This document shows, in pieces, positions 1 through 11,322 of a stretch of DNA of 64,000 nucleotides (position 1 is its first letter; each line of letters begins with the position of its first letter). This stretch comes from Escherichia coli (GTDB lineage: Bacteria > Pseudomonadota > Gammaproteobacteria > Enterobacterales > Enterobacteriaceae). The translations under genes were made by a program, and so were the position numbers. The stretch lies in NCBI RefSeq assembly GCF_036507355.1, contig NZ_AP027877.1; one strand, given 5' to 3'. Under the pieces are notes generated by a model. That model was not told the DNA's origin. It was given only the letters and a program-made list of their open reading frames with translations, and did no database searches.

Positions 1-73
1 CTTCTCCTTTAGGATGTTTTCACTCCCCGAAATGGGGATAAAAGGCAAATAAAATAACTAAAGGATTTATTCA

Positions 74-1207
74 ATGAAAAGCAAAGTACTGGCACTTTTA
101 ATTCCTGCCCTGCTCGCCGCAGGTGCTGCACATGCAGCCGAAGTTTATAATAAAGACGGCAACAAATTAGATCTGTATGGCAAAGTTGATGGCCTGCATT
201 ATTTTTCAGATAATTCGGCGAAAGATGGCGACCAGAGCTATGCGCGTCTGGGTTTTAAAGGCGAAACCCAAATTAACGATCAACTTACTGGCTACGGTCA
301 ATGGGAATACAATATTCAGGCAAACAACACTGAATCTTCAAAAAACCAGTCATGGACCCGTCTGGCATTTGCCGGACTGAAATTTGCAGATTACGGTTCT
401 TTCGATTACGGACGTAATTATGGCGTAATGTACGACATCGAAGGCTGGACCGATATGCTGCCTGAATTTGGCGGTGACTCTTATACCAATGCAGACAACT
501 TTATGACTGGTCGAGCCAATGGCGTCGCGACTTATCGTAATACTGATTTCTTCGGTCTGGTAAATGGTCTGAACTTCGCGGTGCAGTATCAAGGTAACAA
601 CGAAGGAGCCAGTAATGGTCAGGAAGGCACCAACAACGGACGTGATGTTCGCCATGAAAACGGTGACGGCTGGGGTCTTTCCACAACATATGATTTAGGC
701 ATGGGCTTTAGCGCTGGTGCGGCATACACCTCTTCTGACCGCACCAATGACCAGGTTAACCATACTGCGGCGGGTGGTGATAAAGCAGACGCGTGGACTG
801 CTGGGCTAAAATACGATGCTAACAATATTTACCTGGCAACCATGTATTCAGAAACGCGTAATATGACCCCGTTTGGCGACAGCGATTATGCTGTTGCAAA
901 CAAAACCCAGAACTTTGAAGTCACTGCACAGTACCAGTTTGATTTTGGTCTGCGTCCGGCAGTCTCTTTCCTGATGTCTAAAGGCCGTGACCTGCACGCT
1001 GCCGGTGGTGCAGACAACCCGGCAGGTGTTGATGATAAAGATCTGGTTAAATACGCCGATGTTGGCGCGACTTACTATTTCAATAAAAACATGTCCACTT
1101 ATGTTGACTATAAAATCAACCTGTTGGATGAAGATGACAGTTTCTACGCTGCCAACGGCATCTCTACCGATGATATTGTCGCTTTAGGTCTGGTTTATCA
1201 GTTCTAA
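74..1207 (+). CDS. ompN: outer membrane porin OmpN
   Basis: 377-aa ORF with signal peptide ([21 protein letters not shown]), porin-type beta-strand pattern and C-terminal LVYQF; matches remembered OmpN. Confidence 0.9.
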   Translation: MKSKVLALLIPALLAAGAAHAAEVYNKDGNKLDLYGKVDGLHYFSDNSAKDGDQSYARLGFKGETQINDQLTGYGQWEYNIQANNTESSKNQSWTRLAFAGLKFADYGSFDYGRNYGVMYDIEGWTDMLPEFGGDSYTNADNFMTGRANGVATYRNTDFFGLVNGLNFAVQYQGNNEGASNGQEGTNNGRDVRHENGDGWGLSTTYDLGMGFSAGAAYTSSDRTNDQVNHTAAGGDKADAWTAGLKYDANNIYLATMYSETRNMTPFGDSDYAVANKTQNFEVTAQYQFDFGLRPAVSFLMSKGRDLHAAGGADNPAGVDDKDLVKYADVGATYYFNKNMSTYVDYKINLLDEDDSFYAANGISTDDIVALGLVYQF

Positions 1208-1215
1208 ATCCTCCT

Positions 1216-1239
1216 GCCCGCTGTTATGGCGGGCTTTTT
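1216..1239 (+). terminator. rho-independent terminator after ompN
   Basis: GC stem gcccgc/gcgggc followed by a T-run directly after the ompN stop. Confidence 0.6.
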
Positions 1240-1266
1240 CTGCTTATTCTTCCTCCTTTGATCTAA

Positions 1267-1782
<516 letters not shown>

Positions 1783-1790
1783 CACTAACG

Positions 1791-1815
1791 CCCGCACATT
1801 GCTGCGGGCTTTTTG
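1791..1815 (+). terminator. rho-independent terminator after uspF
   Basis: stem gcccgca/tgcgggc followed by ttttt. Confidence 0.6.
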
Positions 1816-1957
1816 ATTCATTTCGCAAATGTGCTGACATTTTCCCCTCTAATCCGTACCATACACGCCACAGTTTTTATATCAGATTTCTTATGCTGGG
1901 CGTTCCGGCATGACGCATACTCTTCTGATGCCATATAACGAATTGAGTCGCTTTTAA

Positions 1958-2011
1958 ATGTCGCAAAATCAAGAAATTAGCAAGAAAGAACAATACAACC
2001 TGAACAAGTAA
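1958..2011 (+). pseudogene. ttcC: displaced 5' fragment of ttcA at the prophage end (ttcC-like)
   Basis: 17-codon [20 protein letters not shown] closely resembling the ttcA N-terminus at 13115; contains the 26-bp att core. Confidence 0.7.
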
Positions 2012-2110
2012 GGGCAAAAATCACAACTATCTGACTCATAAGTGTTTTACTTATTTTTCAATGTGTTAAACATCATCAGCGAGAACAATAAACTACGATA
2101 ATCAACTCTT

Positions 2111-2160
2111 TTTTTGCCCCTTTTTTGCCCCTTTTGCAGCGTTTTGCCCCATTTTTGCCA
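2111..2160 (+). repeat. three direct TTTGCCCC repeats next to the tail-side att core (putative integrase arm-type sites)
   Basis: tttgcccc at 2114-2121, 2125-2132 and 2144-2151; same motif twice at 13072-13090 beside the int-side core. Confidence 0.5.
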
Positions 2161-2248
2161 CAAAAAAAAATTCCAAAACGTCTCAATCAAAGTCAAACCA
2201 ACCGCAGCACGTTCTTGCTTAAGACGTGCTGCGGCATAATCCCAATGA

Positions 2249-2833
2249 TTACTCCCTGACAGGGTTCGTAGGCCACTCAATATCAGGTGCAGTTGATGTA
2301 TCAACACGGTTCAGCAACACCCGATACTTTTTCCAGGCTTCCAGCAATGAGGTTTCTTCCTCCGTTGCGATTTCCAGATCCACAGCATCCTGAAGTGGCG
2401 CAATATGCTCACTGGCTACCTGCATCAGGCTGTTTTTTGTTTCTTCCGCCTCTCGGATCCGGAACAGTTTTTCTGCTTCTGCATCTTTCACCCAGGCTGT
2501 GCCGTTCCACTTCTGAAACTCCCCTTCCGGCGATAACCAGGTAACATTTTCCGGTAACGGACCGAGTTCAGAAATAAATAACGCGTCCCCTGACGCTACG
2601 TCATAAACCGTTTTACCCCGATGGTCTTCAACGAGATGCCACGATGCCTCATCACTGTTGAAAACAGCCACGAAGCCTGCCGGAATATCTGGCGGTGCAA
2701 TATCGGTACTGTTTGCTGGCAGACCTGTATGAGGCGGAATATATGCATCACCTTCACCAATAAATTCATTAGTTCCGGCCAGCAGATTATAAATTTTTAT
2801 GGTCCGTGGTTGTTCACTCATTCTGAATGCCAT
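2249..2833 (-). CDS. tfaR: tail fibre assembly protein
   Basis: 194-aa [23 protein letters not shown]... typical lambdoid Tfa, directly downstream of the tail fibre fragment. Confidence 0.85.
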   Translation of the reverse strand: MAFRMSEQPRTIKIYNLLAGTNEFIGEGDAYIPPHTGLPANSTDIAPPDIPAGFVAVFNSDEASWHLVEDHRGKTVYDVASGDALFISELGPLPENVTWLSPEGEFQKWNGTAWVKDAEAEKLFRIREAEETKNSLMQVASEHIAPLQDAVDLEIATEEETSLLEAWKKYRVLLNRVDTSTAPDIEWPTNPVRE

Positions 2834-3750
2834 TATGCAAGCCTCACAATGTAGTTAAATGCGATGTTTTTGACGGTGTTTTCCGCGTTACCCGCAGCGT
2901 TAACGGTGATGGTGTGTCCATGTGAGCCAATCGAAACAGAGTGCGTATGAGCACCAATTCCGACAGTATGTGCGTGAGCACCTGCAGATGCAGCTGTGCC
3001 GCTGACACTATGAGTGTGCGCTCCTGCAGCACTTGTATTCACACTGGCCGCAGACACAACCTTATGTACTGACCCATTTTGTGACTACTGGCTGACTGCT
3101 GATGCGCCTGTGACACTATGAGTATGGTTTCCGGCACTTGCGGCTGTACCGCTCACACTGTGTGTATGTGCCCCGGTGTTATTCGTAGATTTAGTGCCGT
3201 AATCAAACGACGATGTGGTTTTCGTACCCAAATCCGTACTGGATGCGCTGGCGCTGTGGGTGTGCGATTTAATACCGTCCTGTTCCTGAGACAATACGGC
3301 CCGACCACTGGCAGGTTTGCCCTTAATCGTCCAGCCACGCATATCAGGGATCACGCCTGACGGATAAGCGGCTGCAAGTTTCGGGTAAGCAGATTTGTCA
3401 AAAGTTTGCCCCTGCATCAGGGCATAGCCAGACGGAACGGTATCTGATGGCCACGGGATTGGTGCACCGACTGGATAAAACTCTGCAGGAGGATGAGCTG
3501 AGGTGTAAAGCTGCGCCCACGGCGACCAGTTTGCGTCGGTCGTATCCCGTCGTGAACGAATAAATGCCGGAGCATGAGCACCGCTTGTACCACTCCAGCC
3601 GATGAGTAACTCACCTTCGCCAACGGCTGTCATCCCTTTCAGGTGAATGATATTTCCATACGCTGTTGGATATCCGTTGTTATACACCTCGTATAACTCA
3701 AGACCTGTTGCCCCCTGCGTATTGTCTGTCAGCGCGGTTAGCCGCCATTG
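2833..3750 (-). pseudogene. stfR: side tail fibre C-terminal fragment with in-frame amber stop
   Basis: open frame from the TGA at 3751-3753 through ...[23 protein letters not shown]... with [13 protein letters not shown] repeats; TAG at 3085-3087 splits it; N-terminal bulk of the gene absent. Confidence 0.8.
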
Positions 3751-4217
3751 TCACCAAGAAAATCCCCGCCCTGCGACATAGCGATGGAAAGAGCAGGTAT
3801 TGATTCGTAGTACGCCAGCATTTCAGAAAGGATCGCATCCAGTTTCCTTATCGGAAAATAGGCCTGGTCATAGTTGCGATCCACCCGAAACTGGAACTCG
3901 TGATAATCATCATCGAGCTGAATGAAGTATTTACACCCGACCAGTTTTGCCTGGTCGAAACAGGCATTACGGGCGTAAAAAATTGAGCGGCGGTCACAGA
4001 AATTATCGGCTTCGTCAAAACGACTGGCGATATCGGCTTTGGAAAACACCAGCACCTGTTCACCAAATTCAGCCATGTACTGATGCCGTGTCTTATCTTC
4101 ATCATCAACAACGATAAAAATTTTCCCGGTATAGCCAGCACGACGCAACGTCCGGTAAGTCAGAACTTTGTCCGGTCGCCCGTGAGTCAGAATAAAGGCG
4201 CAAAAATCATCACGCAT
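3738..4217 (-). CDS. GT-A fold glycosyltransferase-like protein, probably C-terminally truncated
   Basis: 159 aa from the ATG overlapping the upstream stop (ATGCGTGA) behind a GGAGGAGGA RBS; motifs FILTHGRPD...IFIVVDDED and [23 protein letters not shown] resemble GT2 signatures including DxD. Confidence 0.5.
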   Translation of the reverse strand: MRDDFCAFILTHGRPDKVLTYRTLRRAGYTGKIFIVVDDEDKTRHQYMAEFGEQVLVFSKADIASRFDEADNFCDRRSIFYARNACFDQAKLVGCKYFIQLDDDYHEFQFRVDRNYDQAYFPIRKLDAILSEMLAYYESIPALSIAMSQGGDFLGDNGG

Positions 4218-5001
4218 ATTCCTCCTCCTCACCACCATGCATGATCTCCACCATGCGCTGCGTCATCCGGACAAATCCATTTTCAATAGCCTGCTGATAA
4301 TCAATGATCACCAGCGCCGACTCCTCGAAAAAACACTGAATTTCAGCGGGGGCGTGAGCGTAATAGTCCGCAATTCTGCTGAAATTAAACACCGTGTGAC
4401 GTTCTGCCGCACACAGGAGGAATTTCTCAATATCAGGCTCAAGGGACGCCGAACGTATCCGGCTGATCAGCTCCTGAGTTTTCGTATCGTCGTACAGTTC
4501 ACTGATATCCGGTTTACCGCCCGACGGCTCATAAACAGGCGTATCAATTTTCGTCGTATACGGCTCCTCCTCATTTCCTGTACCGGGCAAAACATCCGTC
4601 AACAGTTCATCAATTTCTGTCGGGATGAAGCCTGTCAGGGAGACATCAAAATCAGCATTGATTAGGTCCGACAGCTCCATCCGCAACAGATCTTCATCCC
4701 AGCCAGCATTCATCGGCAGGCGATTATCTGCCAGGCGGTACGCCTTTTTCTGCTCATCCGTCAGGCCAGACAGAACAATGACCGGAACAGAATCCATTTT
4801 GAGCATTTCAGCCGCCATAACACGACCGTGACCCGCAATAATTTCGCCCTTTTCGTCAATCAGCACCGGATTAGTCCAGCCGAATTGCTTAATACTTTCT
4901 ACCAGTTGTGCCACCTGCTCAGTACTGTGCGTCCTGGCGTTGTGCGCATACGGTGACAATTCTTGTAATGGGCGATAGACTATCTTTAATTTCTCGCTCA
5001 T
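4210..5001 (-). CDS. ParB/Srx-fold (ParB-like nuclease domain) protein, ynaK-like
   Basis: 263-aa ORF; N-terminal region with GHGR motif (IIAGHGRVMAAEML) typical of the ParB/sulfiredoxin fold; acidic C-terminus. Confidence 0.6.
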   Translation of the reverse strand: MSEKLKIVYRPLQELSPYAHNARTHSTEQVAQLVESIKQFGWTNPVLIDEKGEIIAGHGRVMAAEMLKMDSVPVIVLSGLTDEQKKAYRLADNRLPMNAGWDEDLLRMELSDLINADFDVSLTGFIPTEIDELLTDVLPGTGNEEEPYTTKIDTPVYEPSGGKPDISELYDDTKTQELISRIRSASLEPDIEKFLLCAAERHTVFNFSRIADYYAHAPAEIQCFFEESALVIIDYQQAIENGFVRMTQRMVEIMHGGEEEEYA

Positions 5002-5138
5002 ACAGCCTTGCTTTATGAATAAAACGCACCCCAGCAGCCAGTGCTACTGGGGACGGAGGTGTTGCTGGTAAAGTTAGGTATTGGATCAATGAGTGAGTCA
5101 ACATAATATTAAACTCACAATTATAAATCAGCCATATA

Positions 5139-6614
5139 TTAGGAGCGCCAAAAAAAACCTGAAAACAATATAATAACAGGATAAATTTCAAGGCGACCAA
5201 GAATCATAGCTATGCACATTAAACATTTTGCAATGTCATTAAGCACTCCGAATGACGATGCAGTAGCCCCAAAACCTAATCCCATATTATTAATACATGC
5301 AGCCACTGTTGCAAATGATGTAAGAAAATCATATCCCATACCATTTAACACCAGTATAAAAAACACCGTGAAGAGAGTATAAAGAAAAAAGAAACTCCAT
5401 ACAGACCTCATTACACGATCTGTAACTATCTTCCCTCCTACATTTACACTCAACAACGCTCTGGGATGAGAAAGCTGATTTATCTCGTGTTTGCTTTGTT
5501 TGAAAAGTATAAGAAATCGAAGTGACTTAATTCCACCACAAGTTGAACCTATACATCCCCCAAAGAAACTTGACAACAGCAAAAACACTATCGTGTGCGT
5601 GGGCCAACTTGCATAATCCTGCGTAGCTAAACCATTATCAGTGAGCATGGAGCTGGCAAGAAAAAACGAATGAATAAAACTTCCATGCAAGTCATACATA
5701 CCTATATGCCAGACCTGGAAAGAGGTAACAATGATCACCCCTAAGGCTATTAACAGAAAGAAACGAAGTTCAATATCTCTGATTAAAGGTTTTATCGTTT
5801 TCCTGCTAATAACAATATACCAAAGAGTGAAGTTGAAAGCCGATAGCAGGGAAAAAGAACCAGCCACCAGCTCAACCAAATAGTTATTAAAATATCCGAT
5901 ACTCTCGCTATGAGTTGAGAAACCACCAAGCGAAACTGTGGAAATCCCGTGACAAATAGCATCAAACAAAGGCATTCCTGCAAGTCTATAACAGACAATA
6001 CAAGCAATACCTAATAAAGAATAAGTTATCCACAGTGTCCGTGACGTATCGGCCAGGCGGGGAGTGAGTTTGTCATCCTTAAATGGCCCCGGCATTTCTG
6101 ACTGATAAAGCTTTGCACCACCAATACCCAATAATGGCAATACAGCAACCGCCAGAACAATAACTCCTAAACCACCTATAAAATTTAACTGTGACCGATA
6201 GTACAAATATGCCCGAGGTAATGAACTAACATCATCAATTACAGTTGCTCCTGTTGTTGTTATTCCAGAAACCCCTTCAAACAGAGCATCAATGAACGTT
6301 AAATTAAGTTCTGAGTCAATCCATAAAGGGAATGCACTAATAACAGAAAACAAAATCCAAAACATTACAATTATAATAAACCCATCACGGGTACGTAATT
6401 GAATGCCAGATTTCTTAGTTGTATACCACGCTCCGCCACCAATGCAAAAAAATATAACGAAAGTTATAAAGAAAACGAACAGGCTTTTTTCTTTATAAAA
6501 CAATGCTACAACCATTGGTGGCAACATTGAAAGACTATAGAGCCAAACCAGGAACCCACACATATGAGTAACAACTCTTACATGAGATGTATTCATATCT
6601 AAATATTCTTTCAA
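5139..6614 (-). CDS. trkG: Trk potassium uptake protein TrkG (prophage moron)
   Basis: polytopic membrane protein with TrkH/TrkG-type repeats; AT-rich relative to flanks; likely true start at 6596 (MNTSHVRVV...). Confidence 0.9.
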   Translation of the reverse strand: MKEYLDMNTSHVRVVTHMCGFLVWLYSLSMLPPMVVALFYKEKSLFVFFITFVIFFCIGGGAWYTTKKSGIQLRTRDGFIIIVMFWILFSVISAFPLWIDSELNLTFIDALFEGVSGITTTGATVIDDVSSLPRAYLYYRSQLNFIGGLGVIVLAVAVLPLLGIGGAKLYQSEMPGPFKDDKLTPRLADTSRTLWITYSLLGIACIVCYRLAGMPLFDAICHGISTVSLGGFSTHSESIGYFNNYLVELVAGSFSLLSAFNFTLWYIVISRKTIKPLIRDIELRFFLLIALGVIIVTSFQVWHIGMYDLHGSFIHSFFLASSMLTDNGLATQDYASWPTHTIVFLLLSSFFGGCIGSTCGGIKSLRFLILFKQSKHEINQLSHPRALLSVNVGGKIVTDRVMRSVWSFFFLYTLFTVFFILVLNGMGYDFLTSFATVAACINNMGLGFGATASSFGVLNDIAKCLMCIAMILGRLEIYPVIILFSGFFWRS

Positions 6615-6731
6615 TTATAACCACCTTGCTGCAATATTATGATTATACTGTATAAAATTTAACTCCTCTTAGATCTTACTTCACTGTTCCTTATGAAACA
6701 ATCATCAAAATGAATCATATTGTAGTTAAGA

Positions 6732-6862
6732 TTTTACTTTAAACACTGCTCGGTTATGTATTGCTGAGCACCTTCAAGTTGGGCCTGCATCATTACCAGT
6801 CGTTCCCGGAGGGTGAAATAATCCCGTTCAGCGGTGTCTGCCAGTCGGGGGGAGGCTGCATT
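6732..6862 (-). pseudogene. rzpR: Rz-like endopeptidase C-terminal fragment
   Basis: frame reading ...LADTAERDYFTLRERLVMMQAQLEGAQQYITEQCLK-stop, matching the Rz C-terminus; cut off by IS3 at 6863. Confidence 0.6.
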
Positions 6863-6892
6863 TGATCCTACCCACGTAATATGGACACAGGC

Positions 6893-7759
6893 CTAAGCGA
6901 GGTTCTGGTTTTCAAATTGTTCCGGACTGAGGCCGCCACACCAACTGTGCCGCCGCCACCGATTGTAATCACATTCGATATAATTAAACACCGTTGCCCG
7001 CATTATTTCCCGGCTGATAAAGTGTTCTCCATGGATACATTCCACTTTCAGCGAATGAAAGAAGCTTTCCACGCAGGCATTATCGTAGCAGCAACCTTTT
7101 GCGCTCATACTTCCACGCAGATTATGCCGCTTCAGTTGCGCCTGATAATCTGCTGAACAGTACTGGCCTCCACGGTCCGTGTGAACGATAACGTTCCGGG
7201 GCCTCTTACGCCGCCACAGCGCCATCTGCAGGGCATCGCAGGCCAGTTGCGCCGTCATGCGTGGCGACATTGACCAGCCAATAACGGCACGTGACCACAG
7301 GTCAATGACCACTGCCAGATACAGCCAGCCTTCATCTGTACGTAAGTACGTGATGTCTCCTGCCCACTTCTGGTTCGGGCCACTGGCGTAAAAATCCTGC
7401 TCCAACAGATTTTCTGACACAGGCAGGCCGTGTGCGCGGTAGCTGACCGGGCTGAACTTCCGGGAGGCCTTTGCCCTCAGTCCCTGACGGCGCAGGCTTG
7501 CCGCCACGGTTTTTACGTTAAAGGGGTAACCCTGAGCACGCAGTTCATCCGTCAGGCGTGGGGCACCGTAACGCTGTTTTGACCGGGTAAAAGCCGCGAG
7601 GACAACGCTGTCGCAGTGTTGGCGGAACTGCTGACGCGTGCTTATCCTTGTCCGCCGCTGACACCACGTATACCAGCCGCTGCGGGCCACCCGGAGCACG
7701 CGGCACATTGCTTTGATGCTGAACTCAGCCTGATGTTTTTCAATAAAGACATACTTCAT
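6893..7759 (-). CDS. insF: IS3 transposase OrfB (DDE integrase domain)
   Basis: 288-aa [35 protein letters not shown]... with DDE-type catalytic region. Confidence 0.9.
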   Translation of the reverse strand: MKYVFIEKHQAEFSIKAMCRVLRVARSGWYTWCQRRTRISTRQQFRQHCDSVVLAAFTRSKQRYGAPRLTDELRAQGYPFNVKTVAASLRRQGLRAKASRKFSPVSYRAHGLPVSENLLEQDFYASGPNQKWAGDITYLRTDEGWLYLAVVIDLWSRAVIGWSMSPRMTAQLACDALQMALWRRKRPRNVIVHTDRGGQYCSADYQAQLKRHNLRGSMSAKGCCYDNACVESFFHSLKVECIHGEHFISREIMRATVFNYIECDYNRWRRHSWCGGLSPEQFENQNLA

Positions 7760-8064
7760 TTCAGGCGCTTCGCGAAGTATGTCGCGGCCTTTTGGAGGAT
7801 AGCCAGCTCTTCATCCCGTTCTGCCAGCTGGCGTTTGAGACGTGCAATCTCGGTAGACATCTCCAGTTCACGTTCAGAAGACGTCTGCTGATTTTGCTGT
7901 TTACTGCGCCAGTTGTAGAGCTGTGATTCATACAGGCTGAGTTCACGGGCTGCGGCAGTAACACCGATGCGTTCAGCAAGCTTCAGGGCTTCACTGCGAA
8001 ATTCAGGCGAATGCTGTTTACGGGGTTTTTTACTGGTTGATACTGTTTTTGTCATGTGAGTCAC
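7756..8064 (-). CDS. insE: IS3 transposase OrfA
   Basis: 102-aa HTH protein [34 protein letters not shown]... Confidence 0.9.
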   Translation of the reverse strand: MTHMTKTVSTSKKPRKQHSPEFRSEALKLAERIGVTAAARELSLYESQLYNWRSKQQNQQTSSERELEMSTEIARLKRQLAERDEELAILQKAATYFAKRLK

Positions 8065-8120
8065 CTCTGACTGAGAGTTTACTCACTTAGCCGCGTGTCC
8101 ACTATTGCTGGGTAAGATCA

Positions 8121-9500
8121 CCGGACGCAACTGAACATCATCAGGACACGCAGCCGCTGGATGCTCAGTCACAGGTAAATTCTGTTGATGCGAAATATCA
8201 GGAACTGCGGGCAGAACTCCATGAAGCCCGGAAAAACATTCCATCAAAAAATCCTGTCGATGCCGATAAATTGCTTGCTGCATCACGTGGTGAATTTGTT
8301 GACGGAATTAGCGACCCGAACGATCCGAAATGGGTAAAGGGGATCCAGACTCGCGATTGTGTGTACCAGAACCAGCCAGAAACGGAAAAAACCAGCCCAG
8401 ATATGAATCAACCTGAGCCAGTAGTGCAACAGGAACCGGAAATAGCCTGCAATGCCTGCGGCCAGACTGGCGGGGATAACTGCCCTGACTGTGGTGCGGT
8501 GATGGGCGACGCAACATACCAGGAAACATTCGATGAAGAGAGTCAGGTTGAAGCTAAGGAAAATGATCCGGAGGAAATGGAAGGCGCTGAACATCCGCAC
8601 AATGAGAATGCTGGCAGCGATCCGCATCGCGATTGCAGTGATGAAACTGGCGAAGTCGCAGATCCCGTAATCGTAGAAGACATAGAGCCAGGTATTTATT
8701 ACGGAATTTCGAATGAGAATTACCACGCGGGTCCCGGTATCAGTAAGTCTCAGCTCGATGACATTGCTGATACTCCGGCACTATATTTGTGGCGTAAAAA
8801 TGCCCCCGTGGACACCACAAAGACAAAAACGCTCGATTTAGGAACTGCTTTCCACTGCCGGGTACTTGAACCGGAAGAATTCAGTAACCGCTTTATCGTA
8901 GCACCTGAATTTAACCGCCGTACAAACGCCGGAAAAGAAGAAGAGAAAGCGTTTCTGATGGAATGCGCAAGCACAGGAAAAACGGTTATCACTGCGGAAG
9001 AAGGCCGGAAAATTGAACTCATGTATCAAAGCGTTATGGCTTTGCCGCTGGGGCAATGGCTTGTTGAAAGCGCCGGACACGCTGAATCATCAATTTACTG
9101 GGAAGATCCTGAAACAGGAATTTTGTGTCGGTGCCGTCCGGACAAAATTATCCCTGAATTTCACTGGATCATGGACGTGAAAACTACGGCGGATATTCAA
9201 CGATTCAAAACCGCTTATTACGACTACCGCTATCACGTTCAGGATGCATTCTACAGTGACGGTTATGAAGCACAGTTTGGAGTGCAGCCAACTTTCGTTT
9301 TTCTGGTTGCCAGCACAACTATTGAATGCGGACGTTATCCGGTTGAAATTTTCATGATGGGCGAAGAAGCAAAACTGGCAGGTCAACAGGAATATCACCG
9401 CAATCTGCGAACCCTGTCTGACTGCCTGAATACCGATGAATGGCCAGCTATTAAGACATTATCACTGCCCCGCTGGGCTAAGGAATATGCAAATGACTAA
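8121..9500 (+). pseudogene. recE: exonuclease VIII (RecE) C-terminal fragment, N-terminally truncated at the IS3 junction
   Basis: frame open from the IS3 boundary; ends ...[13 protein letters not shown] and overlaps the recT start as in Rac; about 460 of ~866 codons remain. Confidence 0.8.
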
Positions 9501-10302
9501 GCAACCACCAATCGCAAAAGCCGATCTGCAAAAAACTCAGGGAAACCGTGCACCAGCAGCAGTTAAAAATAGCGACGTGATTAGTTTTATTAACCAGCCA
9601 TCAATGAAAGAGCAACTGGCAGCAGCTCTTCCACGCCATATGACGGCTGAACGTATGATCCGTATCGCCACCACAGAAATTCGTAAAGTTCCGGCGTTAG
9701 GAAACTGTGACACTATGAGTTTTGTCAGTGCGATCGTACAGTGTTCACAGCTCGGACTTGAGCCAGGTAGCGCCCTCGGTCATGCATATTTACTGCCTTT
9801 TGGTAATAAAAACGAAAAGAGCGGTAAAAAGAACGTTCAGCTAATCATTGGCTATCGCGGCATGATTGATCTGGCTCGCCGTTCTGGTCAAATCGCCAGC
9901 CTGTCAGCCCGTGTTGTCCGTGAAGGTGACGAGTTTAGCTTCGAATTTGGCCTTGATGAAAAGTTAATACACCGCCCGGGAGAAAACGAAGATGCCCCGG
10001 TTACCCACGTCTATGCTGTCGCAAGACTGAAAGACGGAGGTACTCAGTTTGAAGTTATGACGCGCAAACAGATTGAGCTGGTGCGCAGCCTGAGTAAAGC
10101 TGGTAATAACGGGCCGTGGGTAACTCACTGGGAAGAAATGGCAAAGAAAACGGCTATTCGTCGCCTGTTCAAATATCTGCCCGTATCAATTGAGATCCAG
10201 CGTGCAGTATCAATGGATGAAAAGGAACCACTGACAATCGATCCTGCAGATTCCTCTGTATTAACCGGGGAATACAGTGTAATCGATAATTCAGAGGAAT
10301 AA
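9493..10302 (+). CDS. recT: recombinase RecT (single-strand annealing protein)
   Basis: 269 aa starting [24 protein letters not shown]... Confidence 0.9.
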   Translation: MTKQPPIAKADLQKTQGNRAPAAVKNSDVISFINQPSMKEQLAAALPRHMTAERMIRIATTEIRKVPALGNCDTMSFVSAIVQCSQLGLEPGSALGHAYLLPFGNKNEKSGKKNVQLIIGYRGMIDLARRSGQIASLSARVVREGDEFSFEFGLDEKLIHRPGENEDAPVTHVYAVARLKDGGTQFEVMTRKQIELVRSLSKAGNNGPWVTHWEEMAKKTAIRRLFKYLPVSIEIQRAVSMDEKEPLTIDPADSSVLTGEYSVIDNSEE

Positions 10303-10431
10303 TTCAGCCTGGCGGTGTAATGCACCGCCAACTTGAAATATTTTTTATGAGAAAAATTATGAGATATGACAATGTTGGTGATGCTGCCAACTTACTGATT
10401 TAGTGTATGATGGTGTTTTTGAGGTGCTCCA

Positions 10432-10707
10432 GTGGCTTCTGTTTCTATCAGCTGTCCCTCCTGTTCAGCTACTGACGGGGTGGTGCGTAACGGCAAAAGC
10501 ACCGCCGGACATCAGCGCTATCTCTGCTCTCACTGCCGTAAAACATGGCAACTGCAGTTCACTTACACCGCTTCTCAACCCGGTACGCACCAGAAAATCA
10601 TTGATATGGCCATGAATGGCGTTGGATGCCGGGCAACAGCCCGCATTATGGGCATTGGCCTCAACACGATTTTACGTCACTTAAAAAACTCAGGCCGCAG
10701 TCGGTAA
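10432..10707 (+). CDS. insA: IS1 InsA
   Basis: 91-aa [23 protein letters not shown]... zinc-finger/HTH protein; A6C frameshift motif near 10683. Confidence 0.9.
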   Translation: MASVSISCPSCSATDGVVRNGKSTAGHQRYLCSHCRKTWQLQFTYTASQPGTHQKIIDMAMNGVGCRATARIMGIGLNTILRHLKNSGRSR

Positions 10708-11129
10708 CCTCGCGCATACAGCCGGGCAGTGACGTCATCGTCTGCGCGGAAATGGACGAACAGTGGGGCTATGTCGGGGCTAAATCGCGCCAGCGCTGGC
10801 TGTTTTACGCGTATGACAGGCTCCGGAAGACGGTTGTTGCGCACGTATTCGGTGAACGCACGATGGCGACGCTGGGGCGTCTTATGAGCCTGCTGTCACC
10901 CTTTGACGTGGTGATATGGATGACGGATGGCTGGCCGCTGTATGAATCCCGCCTGAAGGGAAAGCTGCACGTAATCAGCAAGCGATATACGCAGCGAATT
11001 GAGCGGCATAACCTGAATCTGAGGCAGCACCTGGCACGGCTGGGACGGAAGTCGCTGTCGTTCTCAAAATCGGTGGAGCTGCATGACAAAGTCATCGGGC
11101 ATTATCTGAACATAAAACACTATCAATAA
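10626..11129 (+). CDS. insB: IS1 InsB (expressed as the InsAB' frameshift fusion)
   Basis: 167-aa ORF overlapping insA in the -1 frame. Confidence 0.85.
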   Translation: MPGNSPHYGHWPQHDFTSLKKLRPQSVTSRIQPGSDVIVCAEMDEQWGYVGAKSRQRWLFYAYDRLRKTVVAHVFGERTMATLGRLMSLLSPFDVVIWMTDGWPLYESRLKGKLHVISKRYTQRIERHNLNLRQHLARLGRKSLSFSKSVELHDKVIGHYLNIKHYQ

Positions 11130-11322
11130 GTTGGAGTCATTACCGACAATGTTAAACCATGTCCATTTTGTGGTTGTCCATCAGTAACGGTGAAAGCCAT
11201 TTCAGGATATTACCGAGCGAAGTGTAACGGATGCGAATCCCGAACCGGTTATGGTGGAAGTGAAAAAGAAGCACTCGAAAGATGGAATAAACGAACCACT
11301 GGAAATAATAATGGAGGTGTTC

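Larger units (their letters stand above)
6863..8120 (-). mobile_element. IS3 insertion sequence (1258 bp)
   Basis: terminal inverted repeats tgatcctacccacg... / ...cccagcaatagtggacacgcggctaagtgagtaaactctcagtcagaggtgactcacatg; insE and insF ORFs. Confidence 0.9.
10377..11144 (+). mobile_element. IS1 (768 bp) with 9-bp target duplication gacaatgtt
   Basis: ends ggtgatgctgccaacttactgat... / ...caataagttggagtcattacc; identical flanking 9-mers at 10368-10376 and 11145-11153. Confidence 0.95.

Noticed and set aside
177-380. 67-aa ORF in an alternative frame inside ompN and other short internal ORFs from the six-frame track
   Set aside because: Fully embedded in high-confidence genes with no independent start signals
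2100-2170. Possible CRISPR-like array suggested by repeated TTTGCCCC units
   Set aside because: Repeats are only 8 bp, irregularly spaced, without spacers of constant length and without cas genes; better explained as integrase arm-type sites
2833-3400. Repeated [13 protein letters not shown] peptide units as a possible novel repeat protein
   Set aside because: Such His/Gly/Ser-rich repeats are a normal feature of lambdoid side tail fibre C-terminal regions
8283-8726. 147-aa minus-strand ORF overlapping the recE fragment
   Set aside because: Antisense to the conserved RecE frame, low-complexity composition, no ribosome-binding site; treated as spurious
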